Position numbers and translations under genes: made by a program
In this document: positions 52,125 through 62,425 of the stretch, piece by piece
Numbering within the stretch: position 1 is the first letter of the stretch
How the letters are laid out: the number at the start of each line of letters is the position of its first letter
From: an uncultured Chloroflexia bacterium
Lineage (GTDB): Bacteria > Chloroflexota > Limnocylindria > Limnocylindrales > CSP1-4
Direction: 5' to 3'
Assembly: GCA_963819655.1 (NCBI GenBank)
Contig: CAWFXA010000002.1
Coordinates: 992,001 to 1,056,000, forward strand
DNA: 64,000 nt
Notes under the pieces: generated by a model
The model's input: the letters and a program-made list of their open reading frames with translations, nothing else
What the model was told of the DNA's origin: nothing
Database searches by the model: none

Positions 52125-52218
52125 GGGCGGGACTCCGATCGTCGGTGGCGTGAGGGAACCGAAGGATCTGGAAGGTCCATTGTAGGTGTCACGGTCATCA
52201 CCGCCTCACGCTCGGACG

Positions 52219-53848
52219 TCACCCGTCGTCCCGCGCTCGATAGGCTGCGGCGATCCGTGCCGCTTCGTCGGCGGCCCCTTCCGATGCCGTGATCGCCCGC
52301 AGGAACGCATCGCGTTCGAGGGCCTGCAACGCGACGTCCGTGACCGCAACGACCGACGCGGTGCGTGGGATATCGCGGATCAGGGCGAGCTCACCGAACG
52401 ACGATCCGGGACCGAGCCGGCCGATCACTCTGGCGCCCTGCGAGACCTGGACCTCGCCCTCCTCGATCGCGTAGAAGTGGTCCCCGACCTCGCCCTCGGT
52501 GATCACGGCTGTCCCCGCGGGCAGCGCCTCGGCGGAGAGGGCGGCTGCGGCCGCCTCGAGCGCCGGCGGTGCCAGCGGTGCGAACAACGGAAGGCGCCGC
52601 AACAGCGCGATCTGGCGGAACGGGATCGGATGGGCCGCTTCATCGCGCCCGACGGTCCGGAAGATGGCCAGTGCGACGAGCGGCAGGGTCAAGGCCGCCG
52701 CGACGATGGCGCCACCGAGCCCGACCACGGCGACCAAGGCACCGGCGACCAGCGCCCCCGTCGCGGCTCCACCCATCGACGCGCCCTCCGCCAGGCCGAA
52801 GACGCGCGGAAGGTCCTCGACCGGGACCAGCCGCTGCAACACGGTCCGCACCGCGACGTCGACGACGGCGAGCCCGATCCCCGCCCCGACCAGCAGGACG
52901 AGCGCTGCGGTGCCCTCGCTCACGCGTGCGACCCCGACCACCGGGACGGCCCAGATGCATGCACCGATGAGAAGAAGAGGGGTCAGGTGCGGGCGCCCGA
53001 CGAGGCCAACGGTCAGGGCACCACCGACGACCCAGCCGACTCCGATGGCAGCGGACAGGAAGCCGGCACCGGCCTGCCCCATGCCGAGGACCTCGATCGA
53101 CGCAAAGACGAGCAGGACATCCATCGCTGCGGCCACGCCGAACCGCGCAGCGAGCAGCGCGACGGCCAGGGCCCGTCCCGGCTCCGCCGCACGACTGGAT
53201 CCGGCTCCGGCGCGCTTCGGTCTGTGCGGGCGGCACAACATCCGATGCCACGTGCACGACCGGTCGACTGGCAAGCGAGTGCAAGGGACCGACCAGCAGC
53301 GCGGCGATCAGGGTCGCGACGCCGGCGCCCGCGTAGACGGCGGCCGGCGATGCCACCGTCAGGACCAGGCCACACAGGAGCGGCCCGATCAGGACACCCG
53401 TTCCCTCGAGGAGCGTCGAAAGTGCGTTCGCCGCGGTCAGGTGTTCCGCCCGCCCGACGACTGCAGGGAGGATCGCGCTCTGGATGGGTCGGATGCTCGT
53501 ATAGGCCACGACCACGCTGGCGGCGAGGACGTACACGATGAGCGGCGGCAGGCCCACGAACATCGCCAACCCGGTGGCGAGCATCGCGGCCCCGGTCGTC
53601 GCATATGCCAGCGTCAGCGCGCGGCCGCGCGGCATCCGATCGCCGATCTTCGCCGTCAACGGCGCAGCGATGGCGGCAGGCAGCAATTGGGCCACTGCGA
53701 CGATGCCGACGGACGCCGGGCCGCTCGCCGTGTACGCGTAGACCAGGATGGCGACCCAGATCGCCCACTCGCCCGCATTGAAAGCGAGCCATGCGGCTTC
53801 GACTCGCCGAACGTCCGCGATCCTCAGCACATCGCGGAACACGGTCAA
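52219..53848 (-). CDS. MFS transporter fused to a C-terminal cyclic-nucleotide-binding domain (frameshift near 53200)
   Basis: MFS helices span two frames; EGEVGDHFYAIEEGEV and FGELAL...PRTASV form the cNMP pocket. Start is uncertain. Confidence 0.8.
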
Positions 53849-53966
53849 GGAGCCGGGGATTCGGCTGGTCGCGGTCAGTGGGCCATCCTTGCTCGATCGA
53901 TGACGGAGTGGTCGCGGTCAGGTTAGCCGGATACCCAGAGCGCATTCCGGCACTACCATCAGGCGG

Positions 53967-54927
53967 ATGCCACGACTGCGGCCAGCCATGTCCCGCCGAC
54001 CGTCAGCGAGGCCGCGGATCGTGGTCCTCGGCGATCTCGTCGTCGACGTCGTGCTCAAGCCGGAACGGTCTCTCGAGCATGGGACCGACGTCCCCGGCCG
54101 GGTCTTCTTCGTCCAGGGTGGGTCGGCCGCGACTGCGGCTCGCTGGCTCGGGCGGCTCGGGGCGCGTTCGTCGCTCATCGCGGCGATCGGGCGGGACGCA
54201 GCGGGCAGGGCGCTCGTCGAGGCGATCCGCAGCGACGGCGTGACCCCGCGAGTCGTCCGGGTCGCGGGCGCTCGCACGGGGAGGATCGGCGTCCTCGTCA
54301 CGCCCGACAGCGAGCGGTCCTTCGTCACCGACCGCGGGGCGGCGCTCGAGCTCCAGCCAGGCGATCTCAAGCCTGCCTGGTTCGCGCGGTGCAGACGCGC
54401 TCCACCTGCCGCTGTACTCGCTCATCGACGAGCCCTTGAGCCTGGCGGGGCGTCGGGCGATCGAGCTCGCCCGTGGCTCGAACGCCGCGGTGAGCGTCGA
54501 TCTCGCGTCGATCGGTCCGTTGCTCTCGCGCGGGCGACGGGCGGCGCGGACCCTCATCGAGGAGATCGCGCCCGACTTCCTGTTCGCGACCGCCTCGGAG
54601 GCGGAGGGTCTCCTCGGCCGGTACGCCGTCGAAGGCCTGCTGGACCTCGCCGGGATCGCCGTCGTGAAGCGCGGCTCCAAGGGCGCGACGGTCCTGGCGC
54701 GCGAGGGCGATGCGCGGCTGCGTTTCGAGGTCGCCACGGAGCCGATCGCGGCGACCGACACGACCGGCGCCGGCGACGCGTTCGACGCGGGGTTCCTGGT
54801 CGGGTGGTTCACCGCCCGCGCAAGCGGACGGTCGCTGCCGGCGGCGCTCCAGCGAGCTGCACTCGCCGGCCACCGCGCGGCGGCGAAGCAGCTCACGTCA
54901 CCGCGACAGGAGCTTGTCCTCGGCTAG
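53967..54927 (+). CDS. PfkB-family carbohydrate/nucleoside kinase (frameshift near 54386)
   Basis: GGSAA, IGRDAAG, VKRGSKG and DTTGAGDAFDAG. Confidence 0.88.
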
Positions 54928-54937
54928 ATCGAGGTCG

Positions 54938-56548
54938 CTAGGTGCCTCGCGTGATGCGCACGTCCTCGAGCTGGACCTCGAGGAGGCTGTTCGACGCACC
55001 GTCGACAGCCTCGAACACGATGCGGATCGTCTGGCCCTTCCAGGTATCGACCGGGATGTAGGTGCTCCGCCAGACGCCGTCGACGTCAGTGGCGGCCCCG
55101 GCCTTCGTGAAGACAGGCGTCCGTGCCCCACCCGAGGTTTCGATGCTCGCGACCAGCCGGTCGGCCGAGGACGAATTCGAGCCGTGCGCAAAGACATAAC
55201 GGAAGTACAGCTGCTGCCCAGTCGTGTTGAACAACTTGATCGGCGCCGATCGCACGCTCGTCGACCCGTCGAGGTCGTTGGCGTTGGCCGACGAACCGGC
55301 GAGCAGGCCCGTCACCATGGCGCGCGAACCGGACGGCACCGTCCCGAGCTGCTTTGGGCCGCTCGCCGACGTGGACTCCGGGTTGCCGCGAGCGAAGGCA
55401 CCGCTGGTCGCGGTGTCGGTCCCGTCGGGGTTCGTCGTCCAGCCCCGGGCCGCCTCGAAGTCGTCGTCGAACGAGCCGCACCGCCAATGGACATACGACG
55501 TCCCGAGGACCGCATACGGGCACCACGCGCGCTCTGCCAGGTACAGGACGGCGGCCTTGTTCCGGCCGGTCTCCGACGCGATCAGGCTGTCGTCCATGTA
55601 GTCGCGGTTCGACAGCTCGAACGTGTAGCTGAAGATCCGGTACACGCCGTACGCGTAGTCGCGCGTCGTGCCCGACGTGATGTACAGGTCGCTCGCCTGC
55701 TGGGGTCTGTAGCCGTTGGTCCTGGCCATCTGGCGGCCCATGTGGACCAACGCGAGGCGATCGGCGCTGGTCATGTCGGCCGGCTGGTCCGCGTACGTGT
55801 AGCCGTACGGCCACATCACGAGCCGGCCGGCCTCGTGGAACGTGATGTGCATGCGGATCTGCTGCTTGCTGTCGACGACCCGGCTCGCCAGGAAGTCGCG
55901 CACCGCGCGCACCTCCGGGGCCGACCACGCCCTGGGGCCGCGGTAGGTGATCGCCGCCGGGTTCGGGCTCGTCCGGCCCCCACCGCCCCAGCGATAGCCG
56001 TAGTTCCGGTTGAGGTCGGTGCCGATGTAGCTGGTTCCGGGCGTCGGCTGGCGGTTCTTGCGCCAATAGTGGAATCGACCGTTCGCGATGTCGTACTCGG
56101 CGCCATCCGGGTTGACGAGGAAGATGATCCAGATCTCGCGGCCGTTGACGATGTTGGTGATGCGCGTGTCGCTGCCGTAGCCATCGACGAGCCAGCGCAT
56201 GATGCGCAGCGCCATCTCGACACCCATGTGCTCGTCAGCGTGGTGGCCGCCGTCGTAGAGGACCTCGGGCTCGTTCTCGTCGGTCCCGACGTTGTCCGAG
56301 ATCTTCATCGCCCACAGCTCGCGGCCCTGGTAGCTCTTGCCGATGCTGAAGCGCGACGCGATCGCCGGGTGAGCAGCAGCGACCGCCTGGGTCGCGGCGC
56401 CGATTTCGGCGTACGTGTGGTAGCCGGTGTAGCCCCTCGGGAAGTCGGCCGCTGCGACGGCTGTGGTCGAGGCGACGAGGAGGACGACCAGCGTCGCGGC
56501 GATCGCCGCTGGGACGGAGCGTCGGAAGCGGCGATCGGGAAGGGTCAT
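54938..56548 (-). CDS. Secreted M14 zinc carboxypeptidase (carboxypeptidase T-like)
   Basis: Signal peptide; HADEH, NPDG, WRKNR, DLNRN and TFEL. Confidence 0.9.
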   Translation of the reverse strand: MTLPDRRFRRSVPAAIAATLVVLLVASTTAVAAADFPRGYTGYHTYAEIGAATQAVAAAHPAIASRFSIGKSYQGRELWAMKISDNVGTDENEPEVLYDGGHHADEHMGVEMALRIMRWLVDGYGSDTRITNIVNGREIWIIFLVNPDGAEYDIANGRFHYWRKNRQPTPGTSYIGTDLNRNYGYRWGGGGRTSPNPAAITYRGPRAWSAPEVRAVRDFLASRVVDSKQQIRMHITFHEAGRLVMWPYGYTYADQPADMTSADRLALVHMGRQMARTNGYRPQQASDLYITSGTTRDYAYGVYRIFSYTFELSNRDYMDDSLIASETGRNKAAVLYLAERAWCPYAVLGTSYVHWRCGSFDDDFEAARGWTTNPDGTDTATSGAFARGNPESTSASGPKQLGTVPSGSRAMVTGLLAGSSANANDLDGSTSVRSAPIKLFNTTGQQLYFRYVFAHGSNSSSADRLVASIETSGGARTPVFTKAGAATDVDGVWRSTYIPVDTWKGQTIRIVFEAVDGASNSLLEVQLEDVRITRGT

Positions 56549-56627
56549 CGGTCGATGATGACCCCCATGTCCAGCCGGCGCGATGCCGGGATGGGGCCAG
56601 TCGACCGTGGCCGAAACGTCCCGGCGG

Positions 56628-58697
56628 TCAGCGGAGGTACCGGTCGAACCAGTCGAGCACCCGCTTGTTGCGGTCGATGCGGCGGTCGGGCCGGCCTGCG
56701 TTTGCGTAGACGTGGAACTCGTCCGGGTACAGCACGTACTCGACCGTCCGGCCGAGGTGACGCAGCGCGATGAAGAACTGCTCGTTGTCCGCGGCGGGGC
56801 AGCGGTGATCGGCCTCCCCTTGGAGCATCAGGAGCGGGGTCCGGACGTTCGCAACGTGACGCAGCGGTGATTGCCGCCAGAGCTTGTCGACCCCTTCGGG
56901 TGAGAGCGTGTCGCCCAGCAGGGCGGCCCGGCTGTACTCGGGGCCGCCGTCGGAGTTCGCCCAGTCCGCCACCTGGTTCGTGACGCCGTTCTCCGAGACC
57001 GCCGCCTTGAAGCGATCGCTCGTGCCGACCAGCCAGTTCGTCATGTACCCGCCGTAGCTCAGGCCCATCACGCCGAGCCGCTCTGGGTCCGCCAGACCGA
57101 TCGCGACGACGTGATCGACAGCTGCATGGACGTCGGCGGCATCGACTCCACCCCAGTCGCCGAGCTGCGGGCGGATCCAGTCGGCGCCGTACGTGGCCGA
57201 ACCCCGGATGTTCGGCAGGATGACGCGGTACCCGTGCGCGACGAGAAGGATGACCTCGATGTGCGGCGCCGGCGCCCACGCACCCATCGGGCCGCCGTGG
57301 ACGTTGACGATCGCCGGGAGCGGCGTGAGGCGTGCGCCGGCCGGCGACGCGATCCAGACATCGATCGGCCCGCCGGCCCCGGGCGCCCGGACGAGGCGCA
57401 TCTCCGGCATCTCGAAGGCGTCCTGCCAACGCGAGCCCAGCCGCGAGCGGGTATGGAGGGTCGCCTCGCCGGCGCTGTCGTCGTTGCCGAAATCGAGAGT
57501 CTGCAGCTCCATCGCGCGCGTGCCGTCGGTCCCGAGCGTCGCGATCCGACCGCCTCCCGCCACAGCGACGGTGTGCGTCGTGATGTCCCCACCGGCAAGG
57601 CGCCGAGAGCTGCGTTCCTCACCGGTCTTCGGATCGATAGTGAAGACGTATGGATGCGACCGTCCCTGGTCCGAGATCGTCGCGGCGATCCGCTCGTCGT
57701 CGAGCCAGAACGGCCCGTGGCGGCCATCGACGAACCAGCCGTTGAGATCGGTATCGACCCAGTTGCCGATCGGCCGGTCGAGGTCAGGCGCGAGCAGCCA
57801 CGGCTGTCCGGAGCCGTCGGCCGGCCCGACGACCACGCCCGGGATCACGTCGTCGAGCGGCTCTGGCTCGAGCAGGCCGCGGGCCGCGATCCAGCGTCCG
57901 TCGGGCGACCAGGCGGGGTGGCTCGCCCAGCCCGGTCGGAGCACCTCGGTCGGCTCCGCGTCGCGCTCATCGACATCGACCGCCCAGATCGTCGTCCGCC
58001 AATGGAGGTCGGGCTCCGGCCCGCGGTCAGTGGTGAAGGCGATCGTGCGGTTGTCGGGATGCCACGCGATGTCGGAAACGCCCCAGTCGCCGCTCGTGAT
58101 CTGGCGCGGCTTGCCCGAAGGCAGGTCGGTCACGAAGAGGTGCGACCACCGGTCTCGATGGCCCTCCTCGTCCCATCGCCAGTCTGTCCGGGTGATGTGG
58201 CGGGCGACGGGGGTCTCATCCGAGCCCGCCTTCCCGCGCCGCCAGATCGGCCTGGCCTTGCCGGCGATGAAGCGGGGCGGGTCGACCTCGGCGGTGAACG
58301 CGAGGCGGCGGCCGTCGGGCGACCAGGCGATCTCGCCGACCGCGCCATGGCGGCCGATCTTCGCGGGCCACGGGCTGGCGGTGCGCAGCAGATCGAGCAG
58401 CATGATCGCCGCCACCGAGTCGTCGTCGGTCGGGTCGGTCCGGACGAAGGCGAGCGTGTGGCCGTCCGGGCAGAGCCGCGGCCGCGTGTCGCGGATCTTC
58501 CCCCGGGTCAGCTGGCGCGGTGTCGGGATGGCGCGCCCGGCCCCCACGTCGATGGCGAACAGGTGGCTGACGTAGCGGTTCCCCCGGATCGATCGCCGCA
58601 CGACGACGGCAGTCCGCCCGTCGACGGACAGGTCGAGCTCTTCGACGACGACGATGCGGCGGATGTCCTCAGGGGTCATGGTCCGGCGTGCAGCCAT
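56628..58697 (-). CDS. S9 family serine peptidase
   Basis: WSPDG propeller repeats, HGGP, GLSYGG, D in GEADHRC and H in DEFH. Confidence 0.92.
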   Translation of the reverse strand: MAARRTMTPEDIRRIVVVEELDLSVDGRTAVVVRRSIRGNRYVSHLFAIDVGAGRAIPTPRQLTRGKIRDTRPRLCPDGHTLAFVRTDPTDDDSVAAIMLLDLLRTASPWPAKIGRHGAVGEIAWSPDGRRLAFTAEVDPPRFIAGKARPIWRRGKAGSDETPVARHITRTDWRWDEEGHRDRWSHLFVTDLPSGKPRQITSGDWGVSDIAWHPDNRTIAFTTDRGPEPDLHWRTTIWAVDVDERDAEPTEVLRPGWASHPAWSPDGRWIAARGLLEPEPLDDVIPGVVVGPADGSGQPWLLAPDLDRPIGNWVDTDLNGWFVDGRHGPFWLDDERIAATISDQGRSHPYVFTIDPKTGEERSSRRLAGGDITTHTVAVAGGGRIATLGTDGTRAMELQTLDFGNDDSAGEATLHTRSRLGSRWQDAFEMPEMRLVRAPGAGGPIDVWIASPAGARLTPLPAIVNVHGGPMGAWAPAPHIEVILLVAHGYRVILPNIRGSATYGADWIRPQLGDWGGVDAADVHAAVDHVVAIGLADPERLGVMGLSYGGYMTNWLVGTSDRFKAAVSENGVTNQVADWANSDGGPEYSRAALLGDTLSPEGVDKLWRQSPLRHVANVRTPLLMLQGEADHRCPAADNEQFFIALRHLGRTVEYVLYPDEFHVYANAGRPDRRIDRNKRVLDWFDRYLR

Positions 58698-58732
58698 GCG
58701 CGACAGACTAGCCGCGCCGCTACCCTTCCGGT

Positions 58733-59689
58733 ATGCCCGTCCCGCCCTCGGTCGCCGACCGATTGATCATCGCGCCGGAGGTGGCCGGGGCTCTCGCCGA
58801 GGGCCGGCCCGTCGTCGCGCTCGAGTCAACATTGATCAGTCACGGATTGCCCTATCCGCAGAACCTCGACGTGGCCTCGGCCTCCGAGACCGCCGTCCGT
58901 GAGACGCCAGGCGCCGTGCCGGCCACGGTCGCGATCCGCGATGGGCGGCTGCTGGTCGGGCTCGACGCCGGGGCGCTGGAGGCGCTGGCCACGGCCCCGG
59001 CCGGCTCTGTCCGGAAGGCAGCGCGCCCAAGCCTGGCCGTCGCCCTCGCCGAGGGCGGGTGGGCGGCCACGACTGTGTCGGCCACCATGATCGCCGCCTT
59101 CGCTGCCGGGATCCGCGTCTTCGCGACCGGCGGCATCGGCGGGGTGCATCGCGGGGCCCTCGACGCGTCGGGTGCGGGCGTGCCCGCGTCGTTCGACATC
59201 TCGTCGGATCTCGAGGAACTCGGCCGGACCGCGATGGCCGTGGTCTGCGCTGGCCCAAAGGCCATCCTCGACGTGCCGGCTACGATCGAGTACCTCGAGA
59301 CACGGGGCGTGCCGGTCATCGTGGTCGGTCAAACGGACGTGCCCGGGTTCTTCGCCCGGTCATCGGGGGTCCCGGCGCCGGCCGTCGCCGCTGACGCGGC
59401 CGAGGCAGCCCGGATCGTTGCGGCGCATCTCGGCCTGGGCTTGGGGAGCGGCGCTCTGGTCTGCGTGCCAGTGCCCGCCGACGAGGCACTCCCCGATGAC
59501 GTCGCACGGGACGCCGTGACTCGCGCGGTCGAAGACGCCGAGGTCGCCGGCATCCATGGACCGGCCCTCACGCCGTGGCTTCTCGCGCGGATCGCCGAAC
59601 TGACCGACGGTCGGTCGGTGCCCGCGAACACCGCGTTGATCGTGAACAATGCGCGCGTTGCCGCGTCGCTGGCGGCCCACCTGCGCTAA
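58733..59689 (+). CDS. psuG: Pseudouridine-5'-phosphate glycosidase
   Basis: PVVALESTLISHGLPYP, ATTVSATM, FATGGIGGVHR, DISSDL and TPWLL. Confidence 0.93.
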   Translation: MPVPPSVADRLIIAPEVAGALAEGRPVVALESTLISHGLPYPQNLDVASASETAVRETPGAVPATVAIRDGRLLVGLDAGALEALATAPAGSVRKAARPSLAVALAEGGWAATTVSATMIAAFAAGIRVFATGGIGGVHRGALDASGAGVPASFDISSDLEELGRTAMAVVCAGPKAILDVPATIEYLETRGVPVIVVGQTDVPGFFARSSGVPAPAVAADAAEAARIVAAHLGLGLGSGALVCVPVPADEALPDDVARDAVTRAVEDAEVAGIHGPALTPWLLARIAELTDGRSVPANTALIVNNARVAASLAAHLR

Positions 59690-59726
59690 CGCACGGTTCC
59701 AAGCCGCATTCGACCCCTTCCTGATA

Positions 59727-59755
59727 TTGCCGCGCGCCCGGCCGGTCGGTACACT
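59727..59755 (+). promoter_or_regulatory. Sigma70-type promoter
   Basis: TTGCCG-17bp-TACACT, about 95 nt upstream of ATG 59850. Confidence 0.6.
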
Positions 59756-59849
59756 CGCCGGACTCGCGAGGCATCCGGGGTGGGCGGTGCTGCGCCATGG
59801 TGGTGTGGGCCGCGCGACCGAGCCACCGGGTCGTGGAGGATGGCGCGCC

Positions 59850-60386
59850 ATGCGCATCTACGAGGGCAGCCCGCGCCAGGACTTCGAGGAAGTCTTCAGG
59901 TCCATCGGCGCGTTCCTCGACCAGCGCGGCATGAAGGACGTCCTTCTCGTGGAGGCCCCCGACGGTTTCATCGTCCAGGGCCTCGTCGTGTCCGGCTCGT
60001 CGGTCGGTGCCTGGTCCGAGTCGATCGGGACGCAGGCCAAGGAGACGTTGACCTTCCTCGACGATGACATCGCCCGCTTCATGGAGGAAGCCGCCGCGCG
60101 TCGCGGTCGGTCGGCCCCGGTGCCGACGCACGACGCCGGCTATTACGAGACGGCCTTCCGCGTCCTCGGTCGTTACATGGACGACCAGAAACCGAAGGAC
60201 GTGTTCTTCTTCGAGCAGGACGGCGCGTTCGTCGTCAGGCTCCTGCTGTCCGGCCAGGCCGGCAGCCAGCACCAGCTCTCGGAGTTCACGCGCGAGGACA
60301 TCGCCCAGATGGTGGCCAAGGGGCCAGCGCTCCGGAGCCCGGTCTCGATCCCCGGCGCGAGTAGCAGCACGACTACCAGCGCCTGA
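59850..60386 (+). CDS. Hypothetical protein with tandem duplicated domain
   Basis: GGAGG upstream and strongly GC3-biased codons. FEEVFRSIGAFLD...DVLLVE is repeated as YETAFRVLGRYMD...DVFFFE. Confidence 0.8.
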   Translation: MRIYEGSPRQDFEEVFRSIGAFLDQRGMKDVLLVEAPDGFIVQGLVVSGSSVGAWSESIGTQAKETLTFLDDDIARFMEEAAARRGRSAPVPTHDAGYYETAFRVLGRYMDDQKPKDVFFFEQDGAFVVRLLLSGQAGSQHQLSEFTREDIAQMVAKGPALRSPVSIPGASSSTTTSA

Positions 60387-60403
60387 CCTCGGAGGTATCG
60401 CCC

Positions 60404-60559
60404 ATGAAAGCCCTCAAGACCGTCGCCGTCGCTCTCGGCATCACGCTCGCGGCGCTCATCGTCATCCCGCTGGCCGTGCTGGCCGGCCTGTTCGTCTGGT
60501 TGAAGCTCACCGAAGAGGACGACGAGGAGCTCCTCGAGCTCGACCGCGACACCGTCTGA
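60404..60559 (+). CDS. 51-aa single-pass membrane protein with acidic tail
   Basis: GGAGGT RBS; MKALKTVAVALGITLAALIVIPLAVLAGLFVWLKLTEEDDEELLELDRDTV. Shorter than any ORF in the track. Confidence 0.75.
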   Translation: MKALKTVAVALGITLAALIVIPLAVLAGLFVWLKLTEEDDEELLELDRDTV

Positions 60560-60686
60560 TCGATCGCGACGGCGACTGATCGACCCCGACATCCCCGCCG
60601 CACCACCGACGCCCGCCGATCGACCGGCGGGCGTTGCGCTTCTGTCCGTCGACCGCCGTCTCGCCGAGGCGGCGGTCATCGGCGTC

Positions 60687-61556
60687 ATGGTCATCTGGGC
60701 CGCGAACTTCATCGTCGTGAAGGGCGCCATCGCGGTCCTCCCGCCTGTCGGCTTCACGATGCTGCGCTACGGCCTGGCGTCGATCGCGCTGCTCGCGATC
60801 CTGCGCTGGTCCGAAGGGACCATCCGGTTGCCCCGACCCGACGTGGTCCGGATCCTCGTCCTCGGCGGGCTGGGTTTCGGGCTGTACCAGATCCTGTGGA
60901 CGACCGGCCTCACGTCGATCCCGGCCGGCGACAGCGCACTGATCATCGCCTCGACCCCGGTCCTCGTCGCCGTCCTCGCTGGGATCATCGGCGTCGACAC
61001 GCTGACGCCGCAGAAGTTCGCCGGCGCCGCGCTGTCGTTCCTGGGTGTCGTCGTGGTCATCGCGGCGGGCGTCGGCATCTCGATGAGCGGCTCTGCCGTG
61101 GGAAGCCTCCTGACGCTGGCTGCCGCAGCATGCTGGGCGTCGTACACGGCCTTCGCGGCGCCCGTCCTCCGCCGCCACTCCCCGCTCGTGCTGACGACGT
61201 GGGCGACGATCGGCGGGACGCTGGTGCTGATCCTGCCCGGCGTTGCGCAGCTCACGGCGCCGGGGGCGCTCGGCCCGGAGCAGTCCGCGCAGCTCGTGCC
61301 GATCGTCCTGGCGATCGCGTATTCCGGGATCCTCGCGGCCGCGGTCGCGAACGTCGTGGTCTTCAACGGCGTTCGATTGCTCGGCCCGACCCGGGTCATC
61401 ACGCTCCAGTCATTCGTGCCGCCCATGGCTGTGGTCCTTGCGTTCATCTTCCTGCATGAGCCGATCCGTCCGGCGCAGGTCGTCGGCGGGCTGATCATCG
61501 TGTTGGGCGTGGCGTTGACACGTCGCGCTTCGGTTCGCCCGGCCGCGCGCTCATGA
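60687..61556 (+). CDS. DMT/EamA family transporter (true start probably further upstream)
   Basis: IWAANFIVVK, IIASTP and FLHEP; about 10 TM segments. Confidence 0.88.
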   Translation: MVIWAANFIVVKGAIAVLPPVGFTMLRYGLASIALLAILRWSEGTIRLPRPDVVRILVLGGLGFGLYQILWTTGLTSIPAGDSALIIASTPVLVAVLAGIIGVDTLTPQKFAGAALSFLGVVVVIAAGVGISMSGSAVGSLLTLAAAACWASYTAFAAPVLRRHSPLVLTTWATIGGTLVLILPGVAQLTAPGALGPEQSAQLVPIVLAIAYSGILAAAVANVVVFNGVRLLGPTRVITLQSFVPPMAVVLAFIFLHEPIRPAQVVGGLIIVLGVALTRRASVRPAARS

Positions 61557-62425
61557 CGGACGAGGCGCCGCCTCTCCCACCACTCGTCGAGGGGACGCCG
61601 CCGCTCGCGATTCTCGTCGACTACGACGGGACGATCTCGCTGACCGACGTCACCGACCAGGTCATGGCCACGCATGCGCCTGCCATCTGGGAGGAGGCCG
61701 AGCGGCTCTACGCGGCGGGCGCGATGGGATCACGCCGGCTCATGGCCTGGGAGATGTCGATGGTCGACGCGGATCCCGATGCGCTCCGGGCGACCGCCGC
61801 GGCCCAGCCGCACGATCCCGGGTTCGTCCCCTTCGTCCGCCGCGCTCAGGCGGCCGGCATCCCGGTCGAGGTCGTGTCCGACGGATTCGGATTCTTCATC
61901 CGCCCGGCCCTGGAGCGACTCGGGGTGGGGGAGCTCCCGGTGGTGACCGCGCGGACAGATTTCGATGACCGACGACCCTCGCTGCATTTCCCCAACGGCC
62001 ACCCGACCTGCCTCGTCTGCGGGACGTGCAAGCGACAGCGAGTCCTGGCCCATCGGGCCGCGGGTCGACTCGTCGTGTTCATCGGCGACGGCGACAGCGA
62101 TCGGTATGCCGCCGGTTACAGCGACATCGTGTTCGCGAAGCGAGCACTGGAACGGATCTGCCTCGAGGCGGGCTGGGCGTACCGCCGCTGGACCGCGTTC
62201 AGCGAGCTGGAAGGGTGGCTGGCGGAGACGCTCGTGGGATGGGCGCGCGATCCCTCCAGCCTGACGCCGCCGGAGCCGGGTCCCCCGCGTGGCTATTTCT
62301 GCGGCCCCGAGGTGTGGGGCGACGGCCTGGAGGATCCGCCCCCAGGTTCGTGGCCGCCGCCGGAACCAACAGGCGTTACGTCAAAGGTGACAAGCGACGA
62401 GAGACCCGGCGGCGTTGAGCCCTAG
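61553..62425 (+). CDS. HAD-IB phosphatase, MtnX-like
   Basis: DYDGT, VSDG, CGTCK and IGDGDSD...FAK. Confidence 0.82.
   Translation: MTDEAPPLPPLVEGTPPLAILVDYDGTISLTDVTDQVMATHAPAIWEEAERLYAAGAMGSRRLMAWEMSMVDADPDALRATAAAQPHDPGFVPFVRRAQAAGIPVEVVSDGFGFFIRPALERLGVGELPVVTARTDFDDRRPSLHFPNGHPTCLVCGTCKRQRVLAHRAAGRLVVFIGDGDSDRYAAGYSDIVFAKRALERICLEAGWAYRRWTAFSELEGWLAETLVGWARDPSSLTPPEPGPPRGYFCGPEVWGDGLEDPPPGSWPPPEPTGVTSKVTSDERPGGVEP

Noticed and set aside
59850-60559. Toxin-antitoxin pair
   Set aside because: No recognisable toxin or DNA-binding antitoxin motif and no evident antisense RNA; kept only as an unknown two-gene module.
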